In this document: positions 62,349 to 64,000 of the stretch, one piece after another
Numbering within the stretch: position 1 is the stretch's first letter
Layout of the letters: every line of letters begins with the position of its first letter
Assembly (NCBI GenBank): GCA_020184695.1
Contig: JAANOX010000048.1
Span: forward strand, 1 to 64,000
DNA from: Histomonas meleagridis 2922-C6/04-290x
Taxonomy: Eukaryota; Protista; Parabasalia
Direction: 5' to 3'
Length of the DNA: 64,000 bases
Translations under genes and position numbers: made by a program
The notes under the pieces: model-generated
Database searches by the model: none
Seen by the model: only the letters and a program-made list of their open reading frames with translations
Told to the model about the DNA's origin: nothing

Positions 62349-64000
62349 ATGGATCAAATTGCTTTTTATCTGAGCAAATTCGTCGAGACTAATTCTGTTA
62401 TTATTCAAAATTACTTGCTTTTGAGTCGTACTTTAGAAAGTGAGTATTCAATTATTTTTTTATTTGCAGGAATTATTTCATTTTTATGTTCTTTTGTTAT
62501 TTCACAAATTCACTCAATCTCTAGGCTTCCAAACATTGCATTTTCTATTGGATATCTCATATGGGGAATCACATTTTTGATATATTCTAGACAAGACATT
62601 CCAGATTTTGTAATTGCCTTATTATTTATAACGTCAACAATCTCACGCACAGGGTTCAGATTAATTGAACTGGATTATAAAGATGTGAATCAAAAGCTGT
62701 TATCAATTATTCCATTTCTTAGTGTATTAACTTTACCCATTTGTTTAAATGACAAACTTTCCTTTGTTTATGGAGTCCTTTCAATATTTTCTGCAGTAAT
62801 TGCTTTCTCTATGAAATCACCAAAAAGTAAGCCAACAAAATACAATTTAAAGGAAATGATTTCAGTTTTTAAGCCTTCAATGCTTGATGAAAATATAACG
62901 TTTGTTCTGTTATTTTCCTTTTTGTTATTAATAATTATTAATGAACAAATGTCAATTTTATCATTTTTAGAAACATTCAACACTATTGCCAAGCCTGTTT
63001 TTGTTGCTGTTTTCTTGGGTCTTATTGGATTGTCATTCATTATTGATTTTACAAATTTCAAAAGCACTGGTACAAAACTTGCCATCTCTTTAATTGCTGG
63101 TGTTATATGCCTTAAGCTCTCAGTTAGTCTCTTACATTATGTTGGAGTTGCTCTTCTCACACTTGGAATCATTTCACTTGAGAATCAAATTCGAGCAATG
63201 CTTTCTGACTACGTTCCACAATCTGTTACATCGAGTTTTATCACTACATTTGAGTCTCTTTCCATTCTTTTCCCTCTTTTCGGTTCCCACTTTTTGATAG
63301 TTTCCGCTTTTTCAATATTAATTTTATCTATCGTTCTTCCTCAATATCTTCGTTCTAAAACACAAATACTTATGACTCCTTATGCCGAAAAAATGTCTCG
63401 TGATTTACCATGGAATGAATATCCTCGTCCTCAATTTAAACGTGATTCATTTTTCAATCTTAATGGAAAATGGAATTATAAAATTACTTCTTCTAATGTC
63501 ATACCAGAAAATATTGACGGTGAAATTCTTGTTCCGTTCCCACTTGAATCCATCTTAAGTGGTGTTGGTAAATCACTTTCTAAAACACAATTTTTGTATT
63601 ACAAGAGAACGTTTATTTTACCTAATGATTTTGTTAAAGATAAATTATTACTTCATTTTGGAGCTGTTGATTGTATTGCCACTGTTTTCTTAAATGGCAA
63701 AGAACTTATTACACATGTTGGAGGTTATATACCCTTTCAAATCGATATCACATCTTCTGTAAATTATAATTCTGAGAACACGCTAATTGTTCGAGTTCAA
63801 GATCAACTCGATCACAAATATCCATACGGAAAGCAAAGGAAGGACCGAGGCGGCATGTGGTATACACCTGTAAGCGGCATTTGGCAAACAGTTTGGGTTG
63901 AAAGTGTATCAAATGATTACATTGAAAGTCTCAAAATTTTACCCGACATTGACCGCAGCCAAGTCACAATTCAAGTCAATGGCACAACATCCGAAAAGAC
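62349..64000 (+). CDS. Multi-TM (MFS-like) domain fused to a GH2 glycoside hydrolase; 3'-partial
   Basis: My translation from ATG 62349 is open to the window end: about 340 aa of ~10-12 hydrophobic segments, then PWNEYPRPQFKRDSFFNLNGKW, VPFPLES.LSGV, LHFGAVD, HVGGYIPF, GKQR...GMWYTPVSGIWQTVW. It is absent from the ORF track because it has no stop. Confidence 0.85.
   Translation, partial: MDQIAFYLSKFVETNSVIIQNYLLLSRTLESEYSIIFLFAGIISFLCSFVISQIHSISRLPNIAFSIGYLIWGITFLIYSRQDIPDFVIALLFITSTISRTGFRLIELDYKDVNQKLLSIIPFLSVLTLPICLNDKLSFVYGVLSIFSAVIAFSMKSPKSKPTKYNLKEMISVFKPSMLDENITFVLLFSFLLLIIINEQMSILSFLETFNTIAKPVFVAVFLGLIGLSFIIDFTNFKSTGTKLAISLIAGVICLKLSVSLLHYVGVALLTLGIISLENQIRAMLSDYVPQSVTSSFITTFESLSILFPLFGSHFLIVSAFSILILSIVLPQYLRSKTQILMTPYAEKMSRDLPWNEYPRPQFKRDSFFNLNGKWNYKITSSNVIPENIDGEILVPFPLESILSGVGKSLSKTQFLYYKRTFILPNDFVKDKLLLHFGAVDCIATVFLNGKELITHVGGYIPFQIDITSSVNYNSENTLIVRVQDQLDHKYPYGKQRKDRGGMWYTPVSGIWQTVWVESVSNDYIESLKILPDIDRSQVTIQVNGTTSEK

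Noticed and set aside
74-63297. Numerous 60-200-aa ORFs antisense to or overlapping annotated genes (e.g. 2956-3303, 19244-19834, 53816-54442, 61631-61912, 62768-63085)
   Set aside because: They are shadows of real CDS with no recognisable motifs or independent start context.

Overview
AT-rich, gene-dense, apparently intronless eukaryotic DNA, most consistent with a parabasalid protist (Trichomonas/Tritrichomonas-like). The evidence is TCA(T/C)T Inr-like motifs just upstream of ATGs, DUF3447-ankyrin relics, a trichomonad-type cathepsin L, a transmembrane PAS-cyclase, and IS481-like eukaryotic transposons. About 25 host CDS are present: formin, small GTPases, TAF13, SGT1-like, a ~300x ESSS-repeat surface protein, phospholipase B-like, GPN3, sedoheptulokinase, PPP phosphatase, acylphosphatase, cysteine protease, amino-acid transporter, NELF-B-like, SAC phosphatase, WD40, ATR, MYG1, cyclase-like, RPL5 and an MFS-GH2 fusion cut by the window end. 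There is also one tRNA-Arg(ACG), plus enolase and ankyrin pseudogenes. Mobile DNA comprises one complete IS481EU-type DDE transposon (TGT..ACA ends, ~60-bp TIRs, 15-bp TSD), the tail of a second dead one, and a decayed R2/NeSL-like non-LTR retroelement. The retroelement's single long zinc-finger/RT frame starts 17 nt downstream of the tRNA. Top leads: (1) the tRNA-abutting RT element with an intact 594-aa zinc-finger/Ile-Pro-repeat N-terminus; (2) a conserved non-GT-AG ~67-nt insert interrupting ankyrin repeats; (3) hairpin arrays in the IS481EU non-coding regions; (4) the MFS-glycosidase fusion. All family calls come from motif recognition by eye; no searches were run.
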